NCBI RefSeq assembly: GCF_002075285.3
Contig: NZ_CP021983.2
Location: 90,001-122,000, forward strand
DNA length: 32,000 nucleotides
Reading direction: 5' to 3'
Source of the DNA: Halomicronema hongdechloris C2206
GTDB taxonomy: Bacteria > Cyanobacteriota > Cyanobacteriia > Phormidesmidales > Phormidesmidaceae
In this document: positions 1-8,773 of the stretch, one piece after another
Numbering within the stretch: position 1 is the first letter of the stretch
Layout of the letters: every line of letters begins with the position of its first letter
Position numbers and translations under genes: made by a program
Notes under the pieces: model-generated
Told to the model about the DNA's origin: nothing
What the model saw: only the letters and a program-made list of their open reading frames with translations
The model's database searches: none

Positions 1-159
1 ATAGCGAGCATTGCGCCCAGTGGCCTCTGGTTGTTTCTTGAAGCGATCTAATTCCTCAATCAATGTGATCGGCAAAACGACCTCATTGTCCTCGAATCGC
101 ATCATGGCGGATGGGTCATGCAGCAACACATTGGTATCGAGGACGAAGACTTTCTTCAT
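1..159 (-). CDS. PhoH-like ATPase with N-terminal PIN domain (YlaK type); 5' part only, gene runs off the window
   Basis: Reverse-strand ATG at 157-159. The translation MKKVFVLDTNVLLHDPSAMMRFEDNEVVLPITLIEELDRFKKQPEATGRNARY matches the PIN-domain N-terminus of YlaK/PhoH-like proteins (VLDTNVLL, ELD, GRNAR). The frame stays open to position 1. It is too short to appear in the supplied ORF track. Confidence 0.65.
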   Translation of the reverse strand, partial: MKKVFVLDTNVLLHDPSAMMRFEDNEVVLPITLIEELDRFKKQPEATGRNARY

Positions 160-468
160 AAAACCACTGAGCAATGGAGAGGGGCTTTAGGACCAGGCCA
201 GATGACAAGCAACGAGGCAGACTCCTAATGTCCAGAACGCTGCTGCCTCCTACCCATGGCTTTATGTCTAAAAGAGGTAGAAGCTGATCCCACGCTCACT
301 TTACCGCATCTCTCTGCAGCTCTCTGGGCAGGAGCTGGTCCAGCTGTCTTCGGTAAAACTCCTGCGCGGGTAGGCGGCTCAAGTCTAATTGCCATTGCTT
401 AAGATAGATGATGAGAAGATTAGGATAGAGATGGCGTTGACCAGGCAGGATATCGGGTTGAGGGACTG

Positions 469-693
469 ATGATGAAGCAAGTATTGCTGTGGCTGATTAG
501 GGGCTATCGAGCCTTGATTTCCCCGCTGCTTCCTTCCACCTGCCGGTTTCAACCCACCTGTTCCCAATATGCCCTCCAGGCAGTGGAGCGATTTGGCCCA
601 ATCCGAGGCAGTTGGTTAGCCGGACGTCGTATCCTGCGGTGTCATCCTCTACATCCTGGGGGTTACGATCCGGTACCTCCGGCAGACTCCTAA
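469..693 (+). CDS. yidD: membrane protein insertion efficiency factor YidD
   Basis: 74-aa [38 protein letters not shown] and [17 protein letters not shown] form the near-invariant YidD signature. Confidence 0.9.
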   Translation: MMKQVLLWLIRGYRALISPLLPSTCRFQPTCSQYALQAVERFGPIRGSWLAGRRILRCHPLHPGGYDPVPPADS

Positions 694-851
694 AATATCG
701 GTCCTATCATACAGTCCAGCTGAGCCATTGCCTATGGTCGGCGTCATCACGCTTTGGGCAATGGTAGGCCTAGACTCAGCCATTGCAATGGCTAACATGG
801 CCCTAGGCTGACTGGCTACCCCCATCGTTCATCTGTGATGAAAACAACTCC

Positions 852-875
852 AAAAAAGGGTGGCCACAGCCACCC
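852..875 (-). terminator. rho-independent terminator downstream of the PEP-CTERM gene
   Basis: Read on the minus strand: GGGTGGC-TGTG-GCCACCC (7-bp GC-rich stem, 858-875) followed by TTTTTT (852-857). It lies about 35 nt past the stop at 910-912. Confidence 0.65.
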
Positions 876-909
876 TATCTCATCTATCGCTCATGGATTA
901 TGCGGTCGG

Positions 910-1686
910 TCATTGTGGGCATTGACGACGGCGAGTCAGTGTCAAGGCCCCGGCTACTATCCCCAAGCCAATCACGGTGGCGGGTTCTGGCACCTGAGCA
1001 GCCACGACTTTGTAATCGGGCCCCTTGGAAGTAGCATTGCTGCTGAGCTGTAGCCAGCTAGCTCCGGCACCATCCAGTTTCAGGCCCAGGGCGCCTACGG
1101 ATTGGGTATTGGCGATCTCGGTGGTATTGATCTGGAAGCCAGCGTTCTCCCAGAGGTCGCGGGTGATCGTAAAGCTCGCTAGGACGGTACCGGCGTCGTC
1201 GAGGGCTTCTACTTGTAGGTCGCTGTTGAGACCACGCTCCCAGAAGAGGAAGTGGTTCTGGGCTTGACCAAAGCCCACCTTGAGGGTAGCTGTGCCCTTG
1301 TCTTCGGTATCAATGATGCTATTCAGGTTGAGATTACCTAGGGATGCCACTACGTCGGCATCGGTGGGATCTTCGACCATGGGGCCTTCTGGAGCAAGGG
1401 CTTGGAGCGTGGTCTGATCCCCGTGGTCGGAGCTGGCAGCGCCGCTGTTGCCGCCGGTATAGGGAGGATTGTAGAGAATGGAGGCATCGGTGACGGTGGC
1501 AAAATCTGAGACTGTTTTGCCATCGATGGTGACAGCGTTTAGTAATACATCTCCTTGCGGGGGATTCCCGCTCCAATGGGTCTGAAATAAGAATGGCGTA
1601 AACGACGCGGCCTGGGCGGAGCCTGTGATAGTACTGAGGCTACCTGCCAGGGCGCCTAGATAAGACACGATATGGCTAACTTTCAT
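910..1686 (-). CDS. secreted PEP-CTERM sorting-domain protein
   Basis: The C-terminus VPEPATVIGLGIVAGALTLTRRRQ has the PEP motif, a hydrophobic helix and an Arg cluster. I chose the internal ATG at 1684-1686 (MKVSHIVSYLGALAGSLSTITGSAQA) because it gives a signal peptide; the ORF track extends to 1827. Confidence 0.8.
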   Translation of the reverse strand: MKVSHIVSYLGALAGSLSTITGSAQAASFTPFLFQTHWSGNPPQGDVLLNAVTIDGKTVSDFATVTDASILYNPPYTGGNSGAASSDHGDQTTLQALAPEGPMVEDPTDADVVASLGNLNLNSIIDTEDKGTATLKVGFGQAQNHFLFWERGLNSDLQVEALDDAGTVLASFTITRDLWENAGFQINTTEIANTQSVGALGLKLDGAGASWLQLSSNATSKGPDYKVVAAQVPEPATVIGLGIVAGALTLTRRRQCPQ

Positions 1687-2126
1687 AGGGTTCCTTGCTG
1701 CAATCAACTCACGGTGGATGACCTGATGGGGGATGGGCCATCTTCTTCGGGAGAACGCGAGGATTGCGATGTACAGTAATGGCGACCACCTAAACGTTGA
1801 GTGCGATCGCATATCAGCCGACAGCATTCAGTTCTCAGGGGCAACCATATTACTACCTAGTCATCTGACTGACCTATATATCACTCTAGAGTAATTAAGC
1901 AGGATCGCCTAGAGGGCTGTAGCGAATTTTACCAATGCTTCACAAAGTTTTCCGTGTTCTCCCCAGACTCTGTCGTCTGGAGAACCGTTCGGCTTTGTGG
2001 CTAGGATGGGAGCTCACAGGTAAAACCACTCATGTGCCGGGAGACAGGGGCGCTAAAGCCTTGCCGCAGGGCATGGGAATACATCGTGGCCTTGACGAAT
2101 AGGGCCTCGAGCCCAAATCTTCTCGG

Positions 2127-3065
2127 TCAGTCGAGGACCACATGCTTGGGCACGCAGGATGGGGAGGCGGGCGACTGTCGCCATCGTCTGGCCTGGCGCA
2201 ACAGTCGCCAAGCCTGGGGAGACAAGGCGGCGGGCCAACCTAACTGCAAGGCCATACCCAGGCGCCTTTGCTTCAGGGCTACGAGGCTCCAATGCAGATG
2301 TAGGTAGGCGCGAATTACGTCCAACTGGGGAGCCTGGGCTCGATAGGCTGGGGGCAGGTGTTGATAGATGCGCTCTTTGATCACAATATTGGTGGCCAGG
2401 CGCTGGGGTAGGGGAATTTTCTGATCGTAGCCGCCGGGCCATTGGGTGCGGTAGGCCAAGCATTGGTTGATAAATAGGGCATCGCCATAGTCGGCGACGC
2501 GAATCCAGGAATCGATGTCGTCACAACTGGTCATGGCCAAGTCCCAACCGCCAGAGTTGAGCAAGGCATCTCGCCGCACGGCCACCTGAATAGGGGTGCC
2601 AAAGGGGACGGCTTCCAGTAACATGCCGTAGTGGATGGCTTCCTGGGGAATGTAGAAGGCCTGGCCTGGCCCCGTGGGAGGAGTGCGGCTCAGTGCTTCT
2701 CCCTGGGGATTGACCTGGGCTGCCTGGCCGGAACAAATGACGGCCTCGGGGTGATGTGCGATCGCAGCGGCCATCGTCTCCAGACAATGAGGCGCCAAGT
2801 AGTCATCATCATCCACCAGCTTGATCCAATCCCCCGTCGCCACCTTGGCACCAGCATTGACCGCCCCCGCATGGCTGGTATTGGTAGTATTGCGGTAGTA
2901 AACCACCTGATTTCCGAGGTGACGGAGATAGGCCTCAGTGCCATCGCTAGAGGCATTATCAACCACCACCACCTCCGCCGGCAGGGCCTGCGCTAAGGCC
3001 GACTTAACCGCCCGCTGCAGCAGCTCGAGACGGTTGTAAGTGGTAATCACAATACTGAATTTCAT
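2127..3065 (-). CDS. family 2 glycosyltransferase
   Basis: MKFSIVITTYNRLELLQRAVKSALAQ, VVVVDNASSDGT and KLVDDDDYLAP (DxD) are the classic GT-A/GT2 N-terminal motifs. Confidence 0.85.
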   Translation of the reverse strand: MKFSIVITTYNRLELLQRAVKSALAQALPAEVVVVDNASSDGTEAYLRHLGNQVVYYRNTTNTSHAGAVNAGAKVATGDWIKLVDDDDYLAPHCLETMAAAIAHHPEAVICSGQAAQVNPQGEALSRTPPTGPGQAFYIPQEAIHYGMLLEAVPFGTPIQVAVRRDALLNSGGWDLAMTSCDDIDSWIRVADYGDALFINQCLAYRTQWPGGYDQKIPLPQRLATNIVIKERIYQHLPPAYRAQAPQLDVIRAYLHLHWSLVALKQRRLGMALQLGWPAALSPQAWRLLRQARRWRQSPASPSCVPKHVVLD

Positions 3066-3246
3066 GGGGAGGAATCGGGCGAGGGGAACGGCTGAGGATC
3101 AGATGCACGCTGTTGTTTCAGCTTATCGCCAACTGCCTAAGGATGGGTTAGCCCTTAGGATTTTAAGAGAAACCCTGACCCATTGTCCCCATCGGTTGTC
3201 AGGACCGAGTCTGCAGTGACTCCTTGTCTTCCTGCTAAGCATACCT

Positions 3247-5439
3247 ATGAACCCGATCACTCAGCTCAAGACCAAACTCCCCGCCCCCCTGCAGCGCCTA
3301 GGCGACCTCGCCTACAACTACTGGTGGAGTTGGACCGCCGACCATCTCTCCCTATTTAGCACCATCGATCCCACCATCTGGCAGGCCTGCCGCCACAACC
3401 CTGTGGCCCTGCTGGAGTCGGTCTCCTATGAACGGCTCTCTCAGATTGCCGAAAATCCTGAATACCTAAAGCGGCTTAAGACCCTAGCCCGGCAATTCGA
3501 CAGCTACATGACCGAGCGCGACACCTGGGCCAGTCGGGTGGCGCCGCAGCTCTCCCACGAGAAGCCTGTGGCTTACTTCTGTGTAGAATTCGGCTTGCAC
3601 GAGTCCCTGCCCATCTATGCCGGTGGCTTGGGTGTCTTGGCCGGAGATCACCTAAAATCGGCCTCGGATCTAGGGGTGCCCATGGTGGGGGTAGGCTTGC
3701 TCTATCGCCAGGGTTATTTTCGCCAACGCCTCAACCGCAGCGGCTGGCAGGAAGACTATTACGACGATAACGACTTCGAGCACATGCCGCTGGAGCTGGT
3801 GCGGGACGAGTTTGGCCAACCAGTCACCATCAAGGTACGGATTCGGCAGCGCACCGTACGAATTCAGGTCTGGAAGGTGCGGGTCGGTCGGGTTGAGCTC
3901 TATTTGTTGGATGCTGACCGCAGCGACAATGATCCCATTGACCGCCGGCTGACCGGCCATCTCTACGGCGGCAATCGGGAAACTCGCATCGCCCAAAAGC
4001 TGCTGCTCGGGGTGGGCGGCGTCTGCATGCTGGAGGCTCTAGAGATTGAGCCTTCTATCTATCATCTCAACGAAGGCCACGCCGCCTTTGCCCTACTGGA
4101 AGTGGCCCGCTACGAGACCGAACGCACCGGGGAAAACTTCTTCGAAGTAGAGCCACGGCTGCGCAAGCAAGTCATCTATACCAGCCACACACCGGTGCCG
4201 ACAGGGTTTCAGACCTTCTCAGCCGATATGATGGATTCCTTCTTCGCCGACTATTGGCCCAAACTGGGCCTCTCTCGGGAGGAATTTCTATCCCTAGGGG
4301 CCCGTCGCCTGGGGGATCCTTGGGAGCCCTTCAGCATGGAAGTGTTGGCCCTGCGCCTCAGCCGTGCCGCCAATGGCGTCAGCCGTCGTCACGGGGAGGT
4401 GTCCCGGGAAATGTGGCATATTCTGTATCCAGAGTGTGAAACTGCTGAGCAGGTGCCCATCAGCCACATCACCAATGGGGTCCACGCCCGCACCTGGACG
4501 GCGCCCTTGCTGAATGATCTCTACGGTGAGTATCTGGGCCAGAGTTGGGCCCGGGAAATGGGGAACACCGAGATCTGGACTCGAATTAATGACATCCCCG
4601 ATGAGGATCTGTGGCAACGTCACTGCATCTTGAAGGAACGGCTGATCGCCCACACTCGCGCCCGAGTGCGTCAGGCTCGTCTCGGCCGTGGCGAGGCCGC
4701 CGATGATATTGCGGCGGTAGAACGCTTGTTGGATCCCGACACCCTGACCATTGGCTTTGCCCGTCGCTTTAGTCCATACAAGCGCGGGGGACTGCTGTTT
4801 CGAGATCTACACCGGGCCATCCGGATTCTGTCCAATCGGCGGCGGCCGATTCAGCTGATCTTTGCTGGCAAGGCCCATCCTGCCGATGATGAGGGCAAGC
4901 GGATCATTCAACGGCTGATGGAGTGGTGCCGCCATCCCTCCCTACGTGATCGCATCGCCTTCATCGAAGACTATGACATCTATACCGCCAAACTCATGGT
5001 GCATGGAGTGGATGTCTGGCTGAGCACCCCCCGGCGCTCTCTAGAGGCCTCCGGCACCAGTGGTCAAAAGGTCTGCCTCAACGGCGGCATCAACTGTGGT
5101 GTGCTCGATGGCTGGTGGGCCGAGGCCTATCAGGAGGGACCCAATGGCCGTGGGCTCAATGGTTGGGCCATTCGCAAAGAGGCCGATACTCGAGAGCAGG
5201 AGATCCAAGATCAAAGCGATGCCGAGACTCTCTATGAGCTCCTAGAAGAGCAGATGGCTCCCCTGTTTTATCAACGGGACCGGCACGGTCTTCCCCGGGG
5301 CTGGATCACCCTGATGAAGGCCTCCATCCGCATGGGAGCCCCCTGTTTCAATACTGACCGCATGGTGGCGGAGTATGTCACCCGGCTCTACTTCCCAGAG
5401 ATAGCCATCCCCAACGAGCCAGTACTGGCCAGCGCCTGA
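3247..5439 (+). CDS. glgP: alpha-glucan phosphorylase (GT35, short bacterial GlgP type)
   Basis: 730-aa ORF. Family hallmarks are YFCVEFGLHESLPIYAGGLGVLAGDHLKSASDLGVPMVGVGLLYRQGYFRQ, ITNGVHARTW and EASGTSGQK (the PLP lysine). Confidence 0.85.
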   Translation: MNPITQLKTKLPAPLQRLGDLAYNYWWSWTADHLSLFSTIDPTIWQACRHNPVALLESVSYERLSQIAENPEYLKRLKTLARQFDSYMTERDTWASRVAPQLSHEKPVAYFCVEFGLHESLPIYAGGLGVLAGDHLKSASDLGVPMVGVGLLYRQGYFRQRLNRSGWQEDYYDDNDFEHMPLELVRDEFGQPVTIKVRIRQRTVRIQVWKVRVGRVELYLLDADRSDNDPIDRRLTGHLYGGNRETRIAQKLLLGVGGVCMLEALEIEPSIYHLNEGHAAFALLEVARYETERTGENFFEVEPRLRKQVIYTSHTPVPTGFQTFSADMMDSFFADYWPKLGLSREEFLSLGARRLGDPWEPFSMEVLALRLSRAANGVSRRHGEVSREMWHILYPECETAEQVPISHITNGVHARTWTAPLLNDLYGEYLGQSWAREMGNTEIWTRINDIPDEDLWQRHCILKERLIAHTRARVRQARLGRGEAADDIAAVERLLDPDTLTIGFARRFSPYKRGGLLFRDLHRAIRILSNRRRPIQLIFAGKAHPADDEGKRIIQRLMEWCRHPSLRDRIAFIEDYDIYTAKLMVHGVDVWLSTPRRSLEASGTSGQKVCLNGGINCGVLDGWWAEAYQEGPNGRGLNGWAIRKEADTREQEIQDQSDAETLYELLEEQMAPLFYQRDRHGLPRGWITLMKASIRMGAPCFNTDRMVAEYVTRLYFPEIAIPNEPVLASA

Positions 5440-5443
5440 GGGA

Positions 5444-5527
5444 GAGCGGAGAGCGGAGAGTAAAGAGTAAAGAGTAAAGAGTAAAGAGTGACGAGTAAAG
5501 AGTAAAGAGTGACGAGTGACGAGTGGA
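5444..5527. repeat. heptanucleotide tandem array (12 units, STRR-like)
   Basis: Direct reading gives gagcgga x2, gagtaaa x4, gagtgac, gagtaaa x2, gagtgac x2, gagtgga. The array starts 5 nt after the glgP stop. Confidence 0.9.
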
Positions 5528-5651
5528 TGGGTGGATGGGACAGGGTAGGGGGCGCGGTTGCCGCGCCCAATAGAGAAAACCGGCTACCGTGCCGATGCGA
5601 CGCGATCTTGAACGACCAACCGACAGGTCCTTCCGCAGGGTCCAAGGCGGT

Positions 5652-5723
5652 GATTCGACTACGCTCATCACAAGTAGTTCGACTGCGTTGCTCCTGCAAG
5701 TTCGACTTCGCTCACTACGAGCG
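5652..5723. repeat. three degenerate ~23-24-nt direct repeats sharing the core TTCGACTNCG
   Basis: TTCGACT occurs at 5654, 5678 and 5701 (spacing 24 and 23 nt). Units 1 and 3 also share CGCTCA. Confidence 0.6.
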
Positions 5724-5896
5724 GAGCCGCTTTGCGAACACCACAAGCGGTTCGTCCTGGTCGTAGGAGTCCGAGGGGGAGCGAGATCCCCTCGGGTGAG
5801 CCCCCCGAGCTACCCGATTAAGCGCAGTCTTATCGAGGTTCATGGCCATTGATCGACATGCCCTGATAAAACGACGACGAACCAAAAGGAGCAACG

Positions 5897-6646
5897 ATGA
5901 TTGCTTGGCAGGTTGACTGCTACCGCCGTCCTCTGGCAACTCCGGAAGGACAGCCTCTGTGGGAACTACTAATATGTGAAGCGGCTGATAAGACCCTGGG
6001 GTTTACCTATGGGGTGATGGTCCCCCAGTCTGAGGTCACTGCCGAGTGGCTACGCCATCATCTCCAGGTAGCCCTAGACAGGGCTCCTCGTCCCCCCGAG
6101 GAAATTCAGGTGTTTCGCCCTCAATGCCTGAGTTTGGTAGAAGCGGCGGCGGCTCCCTTGGCAATTTTGGTGGTGGCTAGCCGCCATACCCCTACCCTGA
6201 AGCAGTGGTTACAGCAGCGGGCGGCCTGGTACCCTAGCCTGGACCATTACACCGGCGAGTCGTACGACTCTTTGGCATTAGATCGGCCGCCGCCCAATCC
6301 CCTGCCTGAATCACTGTGGGGAGAGCAGTGGCGATTTGCCGCCATTACCGCCGGGGAATTTGAGCGCACCTTTCCCCACGAGCCCATCCCCATTCGCCAG
6401 ATGCCGCCAGAGCAACTGCCACAACGGCTGGGAGTGGCCAGTACTACCCCTATCCCTGGCGTGGTGATCGATGGGGGACGGCAATCAATGCCCCTAGCGC
6501 GCTGGTTACAATCGGTGCAGCCGGTATTCCTAGAGGTGATCGCCGGCCCCCCCCATGGCTTGGTGCTGGAGGCAGGATTGGTGGATCGTTGGATTCTCAC
6601 TACCTTCGCGGATCCACAGGTGGCTGAAGCGGCCCAAACCTTTTGA
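5897..6646 (+). CDS. Tab2/ATAB2-family RNA-binding protein (DUF1092)
   Basis: The N-terminus WQVDCYRRPLATPEGQPLWELLICE fits the family signature as I recall it (W.LDFY.RP ... W.LLIC). AAGGAG lies 5 nt upstream of the ATG. Confidence 0.6.
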   Translation: MIAWQVDCYRRPLATPEGQPLWELLICEAADKTLGFTYGVMVPQSEVTAEWLRHHLQVALDRAPRPPEEIQVFRPQCLSLVEAAAAPLAILVVASRHTPTLKQWLQQRAAWYPSLDHYTGESYDSLALDRPPPNPLPESLWGEQWRFAAITAGEFERTFPHEPIPIRQMPPEQLPQRLGVASTTPIPGVVIDGGRQSMPLARWLQSVQPVFLEVIAGPPHGLVLEAGLVDRWILTTFADPQVAEAAQTF

Positions 6647-6908
6647 ACAACGACAGGCCGACAGCCAAGGACTACACTTCCTCTTGGTGCGTCCGGATGA
6701 CACCGGCATGACCTATACGGGCCTGTGGCTATTGCAGCGGTGACTAAGTGAGTGACCATTAGGTTTCGCCACCGATTAACGGTAACATCAGCTTTAACGT
6801 TTCTTAAAGCTTTCTCAACTAGCCTGGCTCCACTAGGAAATGGGTTGAGGAGAAGGCTACGGTAGGTGGAGAGCTCGCTCTCAGCCTGCCACCTCTTTAA
6901 CCCTGTCT

Positions 6909-8690
6909 ATGACTGCTGATATTGTCCTGACCCTAGCGATTGCGGCTCTGGCCCTGCTGCTGTTTATGCTGGAATGGCTGCCAGCTGATATCACTGGCAT
7001 GGTAGTCATGGTAACGCTGATGCTGTTGGGGCAGGTGACGCCGCGGAAGGGTTTCTGGGCTTCAGCAATCCAGCCACCTCTCACGGTGATGGCCATGTTT
7101 ATTCTCAGTGCAGGCATTGCCCGCACCGGGGCGCTGCAACGGTTAAACCAAGCCCTAATCGCCTGGTCGGGGAAGCAGGCCCAAACAGATGCTGCCTTGG
7201 GGTGCGATCCAGGACCATTATCGGGAGTAATCAAAAACCCGCCGTCCTCTCAGTGTTGCTGGCCGACGGTAGAAGATCTCTGCCGCCGCCAGGGCTTCTC
7301 GGCCTCGCGGCTACTGATGCCCTGGTCCTTCATCACCATCTTGGGAGGCATGTTGACGGTGGTGGGCACCTCCACCACGGTGCTAGCCAGTGGCCTTTCG
7401 GGCCAGTTGGGCTACGGGGAATTTGACCTATTGTGTTGTGACGGCCCTGGGGGCGATTGCCTTGGCATTGGCCTGGCCTATCTGATCTTTGTCCCCGCCG
7501 CTGCAGACCATAAGCAGTCCCATACCTCCTTCAGCCAGGAGTATGACCTAAGGGGATATGTCAGTGAAGTGGTGATTACGCCGCGCTCCAGCCTGGTGGG
7601 ACAGACCCTGCGGGCTAGTGAATTGCAGCGGCGCTTTGATCTAGATGTGTTAGAGCTGATTCACAATGAATCGCTTCGCCCAGCCCTAGCAGACAAGGTG
7701 TTGTCGGCGGGGGATATTTTGCTGGTGCGCTGTGGCCGCGGCGACTTGCTGAAGATTCGCGATAGCGAAGGGCTGGAGATCTTGCCAGACGTTCAATTTG
7801 GGCAAAAGTCCTGGCAGGCGGATCTGAGTTCCGGCGAGGAGGGCATCGCCGAGGTCTTGGTGCTGGCCAACTCCAACCTGATTGGCTCGACGCTGAAAGA
7901 AATGCGCTTCCGCCAGCGCTACAACGTCACGGTGCTAGCAATCCGGCGGGGGGAGGAACTGGTGCGGGACCGCCTGGGCAAGGTGCCGCTGCGGTTTGGG
8001 GACCTATTGTTGGTGCAGGGGCCGAAGCAAAGTTTTGTGGGATTGCAGACCAGCCGCGATCTGCTGGTGCTGGAGCAACGGGATCTGGAAACGTTGCGAT
8101 CGCAAAAAGCCCCCATCGCCATTTTGATCGGCCTAGGGGTAGTGGTCTTGGCGGCTCTGAATCAAGTGCCGATCCTAGTGGCGGCCCTAACCGGCAGTGT
8201 GTTGATGGTGCTCAGCGGTTGTCTGAAACCAGGGGAACTCTACCAATCCATCCGCTGGGACGTGATCTTTCTGCTAGCCAGCCTGATTCCCCTGGGCATT
8301 TCCATGGAAACCTCAGGGGCTACCGACTGGTTGGCCACTAACCTAGTCGCCCTAGGCCAGCACCTCTCCCCCCATGGACTGCTGATGGTCCTGTTTGTCC
8401 TCACGACAGTACTCACCGGCATTCTCTCCAACACCGCCGCCGTCATCCTGTTGCTACCCGTGGGAGTACAGATCGCCGAAACCCTTGACCTCAATCCCTT
8501 TACCGTCATGGCCGTGATTACCTTCGCCGCCTCCAACAGCTTCATGACCCCGATTGGCTATCAAACCAACACCATGGTCTACGGAGCCGGCGGGTATCGC
8601 TTTTTAGACTTTGTCAGAGTCGGTGGTCCCCTGTGCCTAGTGATGGCACTGGTGATACCTTCCCTGGCGGGCTGGCTCTATGGTCTGTAG
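6909..8690 (+). CDS. SLC13/DASS (CitMHS-type) permease with two central TrkA-C (RCK_C) domains; possibly damaged (see findings)
   Basis: Hydrophobic N- and C-terminal halves carry LLMPWSFITILGGMLTVVGTSTTVLASG and FMTPIGYQTNTMVYGAGGY. Two soluble repeats lie between them (VITPRSSLVGQTLRASEL ... DILLVRC and VLVLANSNLIGSTLKEMRF ... DLLLVQG). Confidence 0.8.
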   Translation: MTADIVLTLAIAALALLLFMLEWLPADITGMVVMVTLMLLGQVTPRKGFWASAIQPPLTVMAMFILSAGIARTGALQRLNQALIAWSGKQAQTDAALGCDPGPLSGVIKNPPSSQCCWPTVEDLCRRQGFSASRLLMPWSFITILGGMLTVVGTSTTVLASGLSGQLGYGEFDLLCCDGPGGDCLGIGLAYLIFVPAAADHKQSHTSFSQEYDLRGYVSEVVITPRSSLVGQTLRASELQRRFDLDVLELIHNESLRPALADKVLSAGDILLVRCGRGDLLKIRDSEGLEILPDVQFGQKSWQADLSSGEEGIAEVLVLANSNLIGSTLKEMRFRQRYNVTVLAIRRGEELVRDRLGKVPLRFGDLLLVQGPKQSFVGLQTSRDLLVLEQRDLETLRSQKAPIAILIGLGVVVLAALNQVPILVAALTGSVLMVLSGCLKPGELYQSIRWDVIFLLASLIPLGISMETSGATDWLATNLVALGQHLSPHGLLMVLFVLTTVLTGILSNTAAVILLLPVGVQIAETLDLNPFTVMAVITFAASNSFMTPIGYQTNTMVYGAGGYRFLDFVRVGGPLCLVMALVIPSLAGWLYGL

Positions 8691-8773
8691 AGTCCAGATG
8701 CCATCGGAACCCAATTACCCATCTGATGGCGACAATGACCGTTTGCCGATGATAAGGAGATAACGAATAGACT

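Noticed and set aside
2053-2996. Multiple 70-140-aa ORFs overlapping or antisense to the GT2 gene. Similar shadow ORFs lie inside glgP, glpK, the peptidase, the TIR-WD40 gene, the Amt-kinase and GHL10 (for example 3670-3996, 10036-10284, 14023-14344, 17116-17620, 28852-29191, 30704-31170).
   Set aside because: They lie wholly inside longer ORFs that have clear family motifs. Their products are Arg/Pro/Gly/Ser-rich low-complexity strings, typical of off-frame translation of GC-rich coding DNA.
5444-5527. Possible CRISPR array, suggested by the regular repeats.
   Set aside because: The units are 7 nt, contiguous and without spacers, and there are no cas genes. This is an STRR-type microsatellite, not a CRISPR.
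5378-5746. Minus-strand ORFs of 103-122 aa crossing the heptamer array (…SLFTLYSSLFTLYS…).
   Set aside because: The open frame is an artefact of the 7-nt repeat (21-nt periodicity without stops). There is no start context and no protein-like composition outside the repeat.
5721-5750. GAGCCGC ... GCGGTTC resembles the basal stem of group II intron domain V.
   Set aside because: The internal 16 nt do not form the upper stem, bulge or GNRA loop. There is no IEP/reverse transcriptase ORF and no other intron domains nearby.
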